DNA of 64,000 nt from the NCBI GenBank assembly GCA_000708835.1, contig DF237070.1, forward strand, positions 1-64,000. Reading direction: 5' to 3'. Position numbers and translations under genes: made by a program. The notes under the pieces are model-generated. The model was not told the DNA's origin. It did not search any database and was given only the letters and a program-made list of their open reading frames with translations. Source of the stretch: Klebsormidium nitens (taxonomy: Eukaryota > Plantae > Klebsormidiophyceae). Numbering within the stretch: position 1 is the stretch's first letter; every line of letters starts with the position of its first letter. Below are positions 22,701-34,700 of this stretch, piece after piece.

Positions 22701-25700
22701 CTTCTGTTTCTTCTTTGAAGAATTGTTCAGTAGAATTGTTCAGTAGAACTTTGCAAGGTTGCTTGCCCTGTCTGGAAGCGTTTCAAGATGTCGAATGCTT
22801 TCCGCCATCGCTTCCACTCTCGATCTTCGAAGTTTAACGTATCTTACTCGCTTTTTCGCAACTGAAGTTTCCAACCTCCAATCGTCCATTGCCACTTCAC
22901 CTCCACATTGCTGGAAACATTTATCTCCAATGTCCTCTGTCCCAGAAGTTGGAGCTTGCTCTGCTCACCAACATTTCATCGCGATCTCTTTACGTAGTAT
23001 ACTTCGGACATTGAGAATTCTCTGGCAATATTTCAGTCCAAATTTCGTCTTTATCACAGGTCAACTCGCCCCAACTTCTGGAACCACACGTCATCACTCT
23101 CAAGGGCCGATTAGCCTCCGGCGTCAAGCGCGCGCTCACCGCCGTGCGCGTGTACCTGGACAAGTGGGTGGAGTTCGAGCCGCTGCTGCGCCTCGATCCG
23201 GCCGAATACCGGACTGGGCTCGAGCAGCGGAACGCCCCGCTGAAGGAGCTGCAGGCGGAGATTGACCGGCACCAGGCGGACCTGCTCGACCTGGACAGGC
23301 GGTACGTACCGGCTGGTTCTGGGGCGTGGCTTTCCCCTTCGCCTTCACCTTAGCGAGCACTACTACGTTTCGGTTTTCAATTAGTGCTTTCGTCTTTGAT
23401 ATCACTTCTACCGCTTTCGGACTTTCGTGATTCTTTCCAATGCGCGAGGCTTTCGACAGGGGGCGCAAACCGTCTGATCAACTGAAATTCGCTTGGCTCC
23501 CGTGCTCGCTGTGTTCTATCGCGTTTAAATACAATAGTCAGGCTCTTCGTTCGTCTTCATCTCTTCCAAATATTTTGTCCCCTCCTTGCGGCCGCTTCCT
23601 CGCAGTTCTTTGTCGTGAGTGCTCTGAACAATTCGATTCAGCGGATTCAAAATGAATACTCTTTTAGGGTATCCCAAGCGTAAGCGGACCAAGTTTGTAT
23701 GGACTAGAATAACGAGAAATCCGAGGATGCCCCTCCGAACTTTTCCGAAGCTCAAACTCCCTCAACCCCGCCGCTCGCGCGCAGGCTGCCGTCCCAGATC
23801 AACGTGGGCGCATTCCAGGTCACGACCAAGAAGATGCGCGCGCAGCTGCTCCAAAAGAAAGAACAGCTGTCGGCGCTCGTCACGGAGCTCATCTGCAAGG
23901 TCCCGCGCGCCACGTGTCAGGATCTGGACCGTCGGTTCCTCGAGATCGAGAAGCAGCTTAAGATGAAAACGACGACCCCTGAGGACGTGGCGGCGCAGAA
24001 GGAATATATCGCGAGCCTGCCGCAGAAGCTGGGGGAGCTGCAGGGCGAGATCAACGGCTCGCAGGTAAAAGCCGCGCCGGATCAACGGTTGGCATTGAGT
24101 TTATCCGAAAACGTTTTTCTCGCTGCATTGAAGAAGCATATTATAAAACTGGGCGGTCTGCCAATACTGGAGTGACGATGTTCTTGGCGGAGCACTCTAG
24201 ACGCACCTGTTGGAAAGTAGCGAACGAGACCCGCTGGCATTGGTATCTATCCTTACAGCCTGAGGTCAAAAGGCCAATGCGAAGCAGATGTGCGTGACAT
24301 TGAATGGCTACTTTCTCCGTGCGTCACCTCTCCTCCACCTTCTCACGGCTGAAATCGTTGCAGGTAGTTTTAAGCATAGCTCTTCGTGGCTACGTTTCGA
24401 ATAAAAAGGGGCTTTCGTGGTAATTACGGCCTTCCTTCTTCCAGGTGTATTACGACGCCCTCGACTCGCTGTGCTACACCCTTTCCGAGTCCGACTACAA
24501 CCAGAAGTGGGCATGCGCGGCTTGGCCCGCGCGCATCGCCAAACAGATCGAAAAAACCGAGGGCACTCTGGAGGGCGACCAAACTTCGTACGAGAAGGAC
24601 ATGCGCGGGGAGCAGGAAGCTTTCGCGGTCGCCCTCGGCGATCTGGAGACACGCGTCCAGGGCTTCGAGCGCCACGTGGACCTCGCGCAGGTCGACCACG
24701 TGGCCGCGGAGCTGCGTCAGCTGACGGAGGCGCTCGACAAGGCCGACAAAGACGCGAGATTGTTCAATTCGCGCGAGGCGCTCTTCGGCGCGCAGCCGAC
24801 GGACTACTCGCGCTTAAAGCGCGCGCAGGAGGCGTTCGATCCGTTCTCGCAGCTGTGGACGATCGCGGCCGACTGGAAGCGCGGCCGCGCCGCGTGGGCC
24901 GACGACCCGCTCGAAACCCTAAACCCCGAGGAGATTGAGAAGAGCACGCTGGCGTGGTGGAAGGCCCTGTTCAAGGTCGGGAAGGTGTTCCAGAACAAGG
25001 GGCTGGCGGAGTGCGCCGCCAACTGCGACGACATCAGGGCCCAGTTGGACGCGTTCAAGCCGCAGGTGCCGCTGATCGCGGCGCTGCGGCAGGCCGGAAT
25101 GAGGTGCGGAACGGAACGCGTTGCAGCTTTCGACTCTAACAACATCTTCCCAATCCTCACGCAACTCTCCCTCTCTTCTATTCTATTTTGCTCCTTCTTT
25201 GTTGATTCGTTATAGTGCGCTCTTCCGCCTTCACCTCCCTCCACCTAGGCAGCTTAAAATTTTGCGCTTGGAAGACACGTCAATTTACACAACTATAATA
25301 AAGACGTTACGCCTTCGCAACTCTCTATTTGAAGCTACCCCTAGCTCCGGAAAGCAGAGCTTCGTCGCAGCACTTTCCGTACGCAGACCTGGCGACAATT
25401 TTTCCGAGAAGCTTTCAGCTTTTTGTACGAAGAAAAAATCTCTCATTTCATTCCTTCATTCTCCGGCAGATCTGATGATGCAAACTTCACCCTCTTCTTA
25501 ACAGGGACCGGCACTGGCAGCAGATCTCGGAGGAACTAGGCGTGCCGATCGTGATCGACAACACCTTTACCGTTACCAAGGCGATCGGCATGGGCCTGCC
25601 GCAGCACCTGGGCGTCATCTCCAAGGTTGCTGACGTGGCGGGCAAGGAGTACGCGATCGAGACCGCGCTGGACAAGATGCAGAACGAGTGGAAGACCATC

Positions 25701-28700
25701 GAGCTCCAGGTGAGCGACACGTGGCGGCGATAAGTTTCTGATGACGTCAGGCCGCCTGACTGGGGCATCTCAGGAACTGCTGCTGGCTAAGCCGCGTTCT
25801 TGGAAGAGATTTCGTAGATCTTCTATAGTCTCAAACAAGCGCTTAAAATAGACTCAAAGTTGACACTTACGGAGGCGAGGGTTTGTTTGTGAAGAGAAGC
25901 CCTCGAAGCAAAGGTTGATCGCGTTGGAGACTGAAAGACGCACTGGCAGGCAGCGAGTGAGTCATTTTGTGCAGAACGCGAAGTGCAGGGGATGGCGGAC
26001 AATCAGTGTGGATGCGTTTCCAAGTACTGAAGTCCGAACTTTTATTCTGATTGCACTTCCAACTTCTTTATAGCGCGCAGCCTTACCACGGAGCGTCGTC
26101 GCAAATGGGCATCGGCCTGACGAAGCGTGGAACCGTTGCTAAACCCTGCCTGAATTCTCTGTAAACGCACGCTATAATCTAGCTAAACCCTTGCTTTAAC
26201 CCTTCTTAAACCCGCAGGTCCTCGAGTACCGCGAGACCGGCACCTACGTCATCAAGGTCGAGGAGGCCGTCACGCAGCAACTAGATGACCACATCGTGAT
26301 GACGCAATCCATGTCGTTCTCGCCGTTCAAGAAGCCGTTCCAGGAGCGGCTGGCCCAGTGGGAATCGCAGCTCAGTCTAGTTTCCGAAGTGCTCGACGAG
26401 TGGTTAGCGCTTCAGCGTCAGTGGATGTATTTGGAGCCGATCTTTAGCAGTGAGGATATTCAGCATCAGTTGCCGCTGGAGGGAAAGCGATTCACGACCG
26501 TCGATCGCATCTGGCGCAAGGCGCTCGGCCAGGCGAAGGCGACGCCGCACATTTTGACCTGTTGTGGCAGCCAGAAGCTGCTCGAGGTGAGCGTCCCGTT
26601 CCGCCCCTTTTCCGGTTACGTTCCCTTTTCCGGTTCCGTTCTCAAATCTATGCTTCTGAAGACTTCCGTCCCTTTTCCGGTTTTGGTTCTCAATCCTATG
26701 CGTTTGAAGATCACTGTTTTGCCCCGCTTACCCCGCGCATTCGCTTCGCTCCGATCTCCGCTTCTGATGATGCTCTGCTCTGCGTCCACTTCTGCACTCT
26801 GCTTTCCGTTGACGTGAAAAATACCGGTTCGCCTCGCTCATGTCCATCTTTATCCCGCCCATATGTTGGCAGCCCCCTCGTTTGACCTAACCAACTTTCG
26901 AGCAAAGGTCGGCTTTCTGCGTCCGCCTGTTTGAAGGCAGAACCGTTCCTATCTATCAGTGGCTGGCAGGCCGCTCTCTTCTCCTCCATTCCTGTTCCGA
27001 CTCCCCCAAACTTGTTCGCGCAACAGTCCCAACCCCGCAACGAGTTGCTAGACGTGGGCAGACTCCAATTAGGAAGAGCGACCCTGAAACCTGAGAGACC
27101 AATTGCATCAGTTTGTATACCCTGCTGATTAGGACTTCTGATTCTTCTCGCAGAACTTCCGCGAGAGCAACAAGATGCTGGATATGGTGCAAAAGGGGCT
27201 GGCGGACTATTTGGAAACCAAGCGCCTCGCATTCAGCCGCTTCTTCTTCCTGTCCAACGACGAACTGCTCCAGATTCTGAGCCAGAGCAAGAACCCGCTT
27301 GCGGTGCAACCGCATCTGCGCAAGTGTTTCGAGGCCATCTCTGATCTGGACTTCAAGGAGGATTTGGAGATTACGGCCATGAACTCTGGGGAGAGAGAGA
27401 AGGTGAGGCGTCAGCGGGTGCCGTTACCATACTACGTCGTTTTGATTCAAATTGCCATCTTTACGTGCATACATTAACAGAGTTGAGAAACTGAAAGTTT
27501 TCTTATTGATATTGGAATCTTCCTTTTAAATCAGACATTTTGACAGGAGCTGACCCTTTTTCGGTTTTCCGCTACCAGTCAAGAAGCCCAGCTGCTTTTC
27601 TTCTACCATCGTACGAGATTGAGGCACGTCAAATGTACCGATGACAGACCCACAAACACATTATTAGGGACAAGAAGGTTCTATGAGAACGCAAATCTCG
27701 TTCCTTGCCCTCTCACCAACTCTCCAAACTCAAGGGTCTTTCAACCAAAGGGATCCCCCTCTGCTCCCAGGTCCCCTTCGCCAAGACCATGTACCCGACG
27801 GGCAGCGTCGAGAACTGGCTGTCGGAGGTGGAGCGGCGCATGAAGGAGAGTGTGCGCGAGCAGGCCAAGCTCGCGCTGGAGGACTACCAGACGAAAGCGC
27901 GCGCGCAATGGGTGCAGTGCTGGCCGGCCATGGTGGTGCTCGCGGGCAGTTCGATCTACTGGACGCGCCAGGTGGAGGAGGCGATCGGGAAGGGGACGCT
28001 CAAAGACTACTTCGAGAACGTCCAGGTACGTTCTGAATCTGGTTTGAGTGTTCTGTGGAATCTTGGGTTTCAGGGGTAAAGGCATGGACTTTTTCGGTGA
28101 AGAAGGTGAAGATGATGGTTCAGTGGGCGCTTTAGGTGGAAGAGGCGGTCGTTGGGGGACGCTCGAGGCCCATTACAGAGTTCCCTGTGAGGATACAGTG
28201 GGCTTAGTGGGTCGGGGTGCTTGAGTTTGGGAGTGAGTCATATACACGTTCTCCAGGCTCTCAGAAGGGAGATTGTGATGTGGACGTGTCAGATGAAAAG
28301 GAGATGAGTAAAGGTACGCTGTAAATCTGTTTTTAGAACGTTCCAGGCAGAGTTTCTGAGATCCAAAGATTTGAATCAGTGGTACTTAGAACCTTACGCG
28401 TTGGGGGCTCTCAAAGACTGAAGTTCTAAAATCCCTTCAAAACCTCCTCTTCTCGGACGGCCGCAGGTGCTGGACCTGAAGGACAACATAGTTTGATTCA
28501 CTCACTACCCACCCCTTGATAATCGGATCAGTTATGAATGAATTTTATAGCACTTTTGTTTTGACGTCCGCAAATTAAGTAGCTGCTGGACCTGACGGAC
28601 GATATAATACATTCGTTCACTACGCACACCATTTTTATTTGACCACTTTTAACTTAGTTCTATAACACATTCTTTCGGGCGTCCGAAGGTGGAGCAGCTG

Positions 28701-31700
28701 CTGGACCTGACGTGAATATACGGACCCAATTTCAAAAATCTGGTGGATTGAATTCACGGTTTCCTTTTCGGACGTTCGCAGGTGAAGCAGCTGCTGGACC
28801 TGACGGACCTGGTCCGCGGCGAGCTGCCGAAGCTGGCGCGGCTGACGCTGGGCGCGCTCATCGTCATCGACGTGCACGCGCGCGACGTCGTGCAGCGGCT
28901 GGTCGACGAGAACATAGGCGCCATCACCGAGTTTGAGTGGGTGAGTAAACGAGGTTAGGTTAACCCAGTTTCGACCAGAGTGCCGATCTGCTTTACAGTC
29001 ACAATGATCTAATTTAGGCCAGGTGCTTCTTTCTTTATTCTGACTTGGTTTGGAGCAAGCGACGTCGTGGGCAAAAACTTCGGTGTCATCAGCGTTTGAG
29101 TGGGTGAGTATGAGGGTTAACTCAACCCAGAGCAAGAGCTGGCTTATTCCGCGGCCGGAGCTGATCTGATGGATTGGTTTTTGAATACTGTTAAGGGCAT
29201 GAGAGTAGAATTGCGTCCTATACATCTTGGTTGGATGCAACACTGTGAAACAGCAATGGACAGGACTCGTTAACATATTAATCTGGAGTAGGGCGCTGCA
29301 TAAGCAGGAGACAGTGTCTTTGTGTTCAGCACACTGTGCGCGAAGACCAATAGTTTTAGTTGAGGAGTTTCGGAATCCCTTGTCTCTGACCAAGTTGCTG
29401 ACTGTTTTGCCACGTGTCGCTTTGCAGGTGAGCCAGCTGCGGTACTACTGGGAGAACGACGACGTGTACGTCAAGATGGTGCAGGCGTCGTTACCGTACG
29501 GCTACGAGTACCTCGGCAACTCGGCGCGGCTCGTCATCACGCCGCTCACCGACAGGTGCGCTCCGGTCTACCGCTTCCATCTATCCGCTTGGAGTTCCGT
29601 TTTTCGCTCATGGTTGAATTGCTTAGTCTCCATTTTTCGTTGATCGGAAGTTGGAAGTTCCGTCTTTGCACAAACCAGCCTTGCTCGACCAAGAAGCCAC
29701 TTTGACAGCCCTCGCGATGGAAATTTGTGCACACAGTAGATTTTGTCCTGTTTAAGAACGGGCAAGTGAAAGCCGCGCATTGAGCCTCCAAATCGCGCCA
29801 AGGCAAGAGCTCTCAGGCACAATCGAGTGCGGGGGTCTTTGAAGTTTCGCCGTGTTGTTGGAAAAGCTTTCTTTGAGGCTTGTTCTACTGAAAATCATCC
29901 TGAACCATTGCATACGCCATGCTTTGGCCCCGTTATTGAAAGGTGTATGTCTGACTTTGTAACGTCCGTCATTCAATACAGGTGCTACATGACGCTTATG
30001 GGCGCGCTACATCTCAACCTGGGCGGAGCTCCGGCCGGGCCGGCCGGAACTGGAAAGACGGAAACGACCAAGGACCTTGCCAAGGTCAGAACATCCATAG
30101 CGCCATTAGCAGAACTTCCAAAAGAGAGGAGCAGGGACCCAAAACGGGAGGATTGTGCGTCTTCGGCATTGCTGTCGTTCTGCGACGAATTCAGTGGGCT
30201 CACTGTGCTTTGTGCACGATGCGGCTCGAAGGATTAGAATGATCTTTGCCTTGCTGTGCTCCTTATAACCCCATACCTCGCGTAAGAAGCATCTTATCCT
30301 GGAAAATGAAGCGCTATGAGTGGTACTGAAGGTTCGAACCACCACAATCGATCATTGAAAGTCAACCGGCAAAAGCAAAGATTGTTTGAGCTGCTCAAAC
30401 CGCCGACTCGAGATTGACTCTATTCCTTGCTCTCAATTCTGCAGGCGCTTGCGAAGCAGTGCGTGGTGTTCAACTGCAGCGACGGGCTGGACTACCTGGC
30501 CATGGGCAAGTTCTTCAAGGGGCTCGCCAGCAGCGGCGCCTGGGCGTGCTTCGACGAGTTCAACCGGATCGACCTCGAGGTGAGCGGAACGGCGGAGGAG
30601 CGGAGCTGGAAACGGAACAGCTTTTTGCAACTAAGCAGGCAGTTACATTGTGACCTTTCTACATACAAGTCGATAGGCATCGGACGATTTCTCAGGCAAG
30701 CAGGTCAACTCGGCGTCTCGGTTGGTCACTGCTTCTTGTCGCAAATTATGGTCCGCTTTTTAATGGTCTTGATGCTTTTGTGACCCCAGCCTGCTTCAAT
30801 ATGAACGGCTTAGCGGGCTCACCTCAAGCAGCAACCTTGCTCTCGCCTCTCCTTGTGCTTTCCGTGGGTCCCTTTCAGGTTTTGCAGTAGTCGCCTCTTT
30901 ACCTCATGTTAGATTGGAAAGAAAGTAACTCCTAGTAAGCATCACGGCCTGCTTCCAGTTTTAGGTGCCATATTGGGTTGTCCAGCAGTGTTCTACGGCT
31001 GAATAACCAGATACAAAAGAAACAGGCGACCAGAAAGCAACTCTTTGGCCCTTAACCCGCCCGCAGGTGCTGTCGGTGGTCGCCCAGCAGATCCTGACCA
31101 TCCAGCTGGCGATCCAACAGAAGCTGAAGCGCTTCGTCTTCGAAGACTCCGAGATCTCGCTCGACCCGTCGTGTTCCGTCTTCATCACGATGAACCCCGG
31201 TTATGCGGGACGGTCCGAGCTGCCCGACAATCTGAAGGCGCTGTTCCGACCGTGTGCCATGATGGTTCCGAACTACGACCTGATCGGGGAGATCAGCCTG
31301 TTCAGTTTTGGGTTCCGGCAGGCCAAGAATTTGGCGCGCAAGATGGTGGCGACGTTCAAGCTGTGCAGCGAACAGCTGTCGTCGCAGGTGGGCGGTTCAT
31401 TCGAAACCCATCAAAGTAGAAGAAAATTTTCAGCTTGGATGCTGAAAACGTTCGCGTTGTTTTTGATGTATTCCCTTACGAGCTCTATCTTCTGCAGTTT
31501 GTCGAGCACGTACTGCAAGTCATCGGTGCAGTCGACTCATTGTCCATTGGGATTGATTAATCATGCTCCTTGACTTCATTATCCATCTGAAAAGCCAAGG
31601 CTGTTGCTCAATCTTGCATTCAGATTTGGGCAGTGTTTCAGATCAGTACCTCACGCTGAGACTCCAAAAAATTCCGCCTAGAACTGATTCATTGCTCAAA

Positions 31701-34700
31701 AGCTTTGCTTCTCTCCATGCCTACGCGCGTGGGAAGTGGAATCCCGCGGCCGGCCTAAAATCCAGAGTTCCGAAACCCTGTAACGCTCTGAGGACGAGAC
31801 CTTGTACTTGCAGGACCACTACGACTACGGGATGCGCGCCGTTAAGTCCGTCATCACCGCGGCCAGCAACCTTAGCTCGAACTCAATACCCTGGGAATCA
31901 TCGCCTAAAACCTCAAAACCTAGATTCCTAAACTCCCCTACCCTAAAACCCTGAAAACCTAAACCCGCAGGATCACTACGACTATGGCATGCGCGCCGTC
32001 AAGTCCGTCATCACTGCGGCCGGCAATCTCAAGCGCGACTACCCGGACGAGGACGAGGAGGTGTTACTCCTCCGCGGGCTGCGCGATGTGAACGTGCCCA
32101 AATTCCTGAGCCACGACCTCCCGCTTTTCGCGGGCATCATCAGCGATCTGTTCCCGGGGGTCCAGCCGCCCAAGATCCAGTACGACGATCTGCTAGGCGC
32201 GCTTACGCGCGCGTGCGCGCAGCTCGGGATCCAGCCCGTGGACTCATTCATGACCAAGGTAGGGTTTGGAGGGTTTTGGTGGGGTTTTGGGGGCCGCGAG
32301 TAATACAAAGAGTATATATCGGGGAGGGGTGTAACGGGGACTTTTTGCGGAGGGCCAGATGTTTCAGAGGTCTTCGGCAGGGTCATGTACCTCCGAGAAT
32401 CTGGTCTATGGGGAAGGACGCCTGTGATAGTGAAATTCAGGACGGAATTTTCTACTGTTGCCAATCGAAACTTACCCCCAACCCGCAGGTAATCCAGCTG
32501 TACATATAAAATGATGTGGCCGGACTTTCCCGCTGCTTCCTGGCCGGAAATTTTCTCGCCGCCCCTGTGCGATCCATTTGTATGCGGAAACACCTGTCAT
32601 CCTCTTCGATCCGGAGCTTTCCGCTGCTTTGCTGACCAGAAACGGATTCCGGCGTGCGCAGGTGATCCAGCTGTACGAGACGACGCTGGTGCGGCACGGG
32701 CTGATGCTGGTGGGCCCCACTGGCGGCGGCAAGACCATGTGCTACCGCGCGCTCGCCATGGCCATGACAGAACTCAACAAGGACGGGTCCGCCAAGTACG
32801 AAAAGGTGCGAACAACGACCCACGATTCCTTTTCCCCCTTGGAGCGGGAATGAAGAAAAGGAATGTCCCGATTCCTTCAACCGCGCGCTCGCCATGGCCA
32901 TGACAGAACTTAAAAAGGACGGGTCCGCCAAGTACGAGAAGGTTTGATTACCAGACTCTCTGAGTCTGAGTCTGTGGGACCGTCCGGGTTAAGTTCTGTT
33001 TATCTGACCGGGAATTTTGTTCTGCTTAGGACATTGATAAGCAGAACCGTAAGAAACAGGGACTGCACGCCTTCTGGTACTGGCCATGACCGAGATCGAC
33101 AAGGAGTATTCTGTGAAGTACGAAAAGGTGCGACAACGACCCAGAATGCTTCTCTGCCTTAGCCGCTTGTTCCGACCGTCGCTCTTGCAATCGCTCTCCG
33201 CGCAGGTGCCAAGACCGTGCTCAACCCAAAGAGCATCAAGATGGGCCAATCAAACGACAACGCTAAACTCAACTCTGTCTTTTCCATCCAAAGAGTAAAA
33301 ATTTGAATGGTCTGGGACCTTTTAAGACGCTAAGTGATGTTCCGGACGCCCTATGACGCTTTCGGACGCCATTTGCGCAGGTGCGGACGGTGGTCCTCAA
33401 CCCGAAGAGCATCACGATGGGCCAGCTGTACGGCGAGTTCGACGACAACACGCACGAGTGGACGGACGGCGTGCTCGCGTGCTACATGCGCGAGCTGTCG
33501 GAGGACACTTCGACGGCGAAAAAGTGGCTCATGTTCGACGGGCCCGTCGACGCCGTGTGGATCGAAAACATGGTGAGAACAAATGGCGATCTGTTTTACA
33601 GAAATTGCTGCGCGCGCGGCTAAGGAGAAACTTTTGCCTCTGATTTCAAATGCCTAATATTTCGCGCCGCTTGCCAGAGCTTGAATAGTCGTTTTCTATG
33701 GATCTTATAGGGTTTCTATTTCCGTGCTGCGTCAATAAAAAGGCTTCACTGAATTTCAGCTCCTTGTTTCAAGAAGGGTTGCCTCTACCCAGACTTACCT
33801 CCTGAACGAAACGCAAAGCTCTGTACGTGCTCTTGAGCTCAGTCTGCGGCCTCTACTTCTCGTCAGCCCCAAGCCTTCTGAAGATCGAAACCCAGCTTTT
33901 TCAAACCTTTCCCCTCCACACTTCCCGAACCTTCTCCACCCATTTGCAGAACACGGTGCTGGATGACAACAAGAAGCTGTGCCTGGTCAGCGGCGAGATC
34001 ATCCAGCTGTCGTCAACCATGACCATGATGTTCGAAGTCGAAGACCTCGCAGTGGCGTCCCCCGCTACCGTCTCTCGATGCGGCATGGTTTACATGGAAC
34101 CCACGGCCATGGGTTTGGACCCCCTCCTGGATTCCTGGCTGCAAGCGCTCCCCGAACCCTGCAAACCTTTTGGCGCGCGCCTGCGCGCGCTGTTTGAGAA
34201 GCTGGTCGCCCCCACGCTGCGGCTGGTGCGCAAGAGTTTGCGGGAAACCGTGGCGACCACGAACAACAACCTGGTGCTGTCGCTGTTCAAGCTGATGGAC
34301 AGCTTGCTGCTGACGTGGAGGCGTCAGGAGAACGAGCCGAAACTGACGGAGGAAGAGATTGGGAAACTGCCCAATGTGATCGAACAGCTGTTTATTTTCT
34401 CGTTAGTGTGGTCAGTCGGTGCCAGCTGCGATAACGACGGTCGGGTTAAGTTTGACCGAGCGCTGCGAGACGCGTGTTCCGAGGCCGGGGTGGACAAATT
34501 ACCGCCCGGGGATCGGGACGTCTACGCGTACTGCTTCAATCAGGACACGTGTCAGTGGGTCGACTGGATGGCCACGATCCCGGAGTTCAAGTGCGATCCC
34601 GACCGTCCGTTCTCCGAGATCATCGTCCCGACGTCCGACACCGTCCGATACACGTACGTCATCGACCAGCTGCTGCGCAACAACTGCCACGTGTTGTGCG

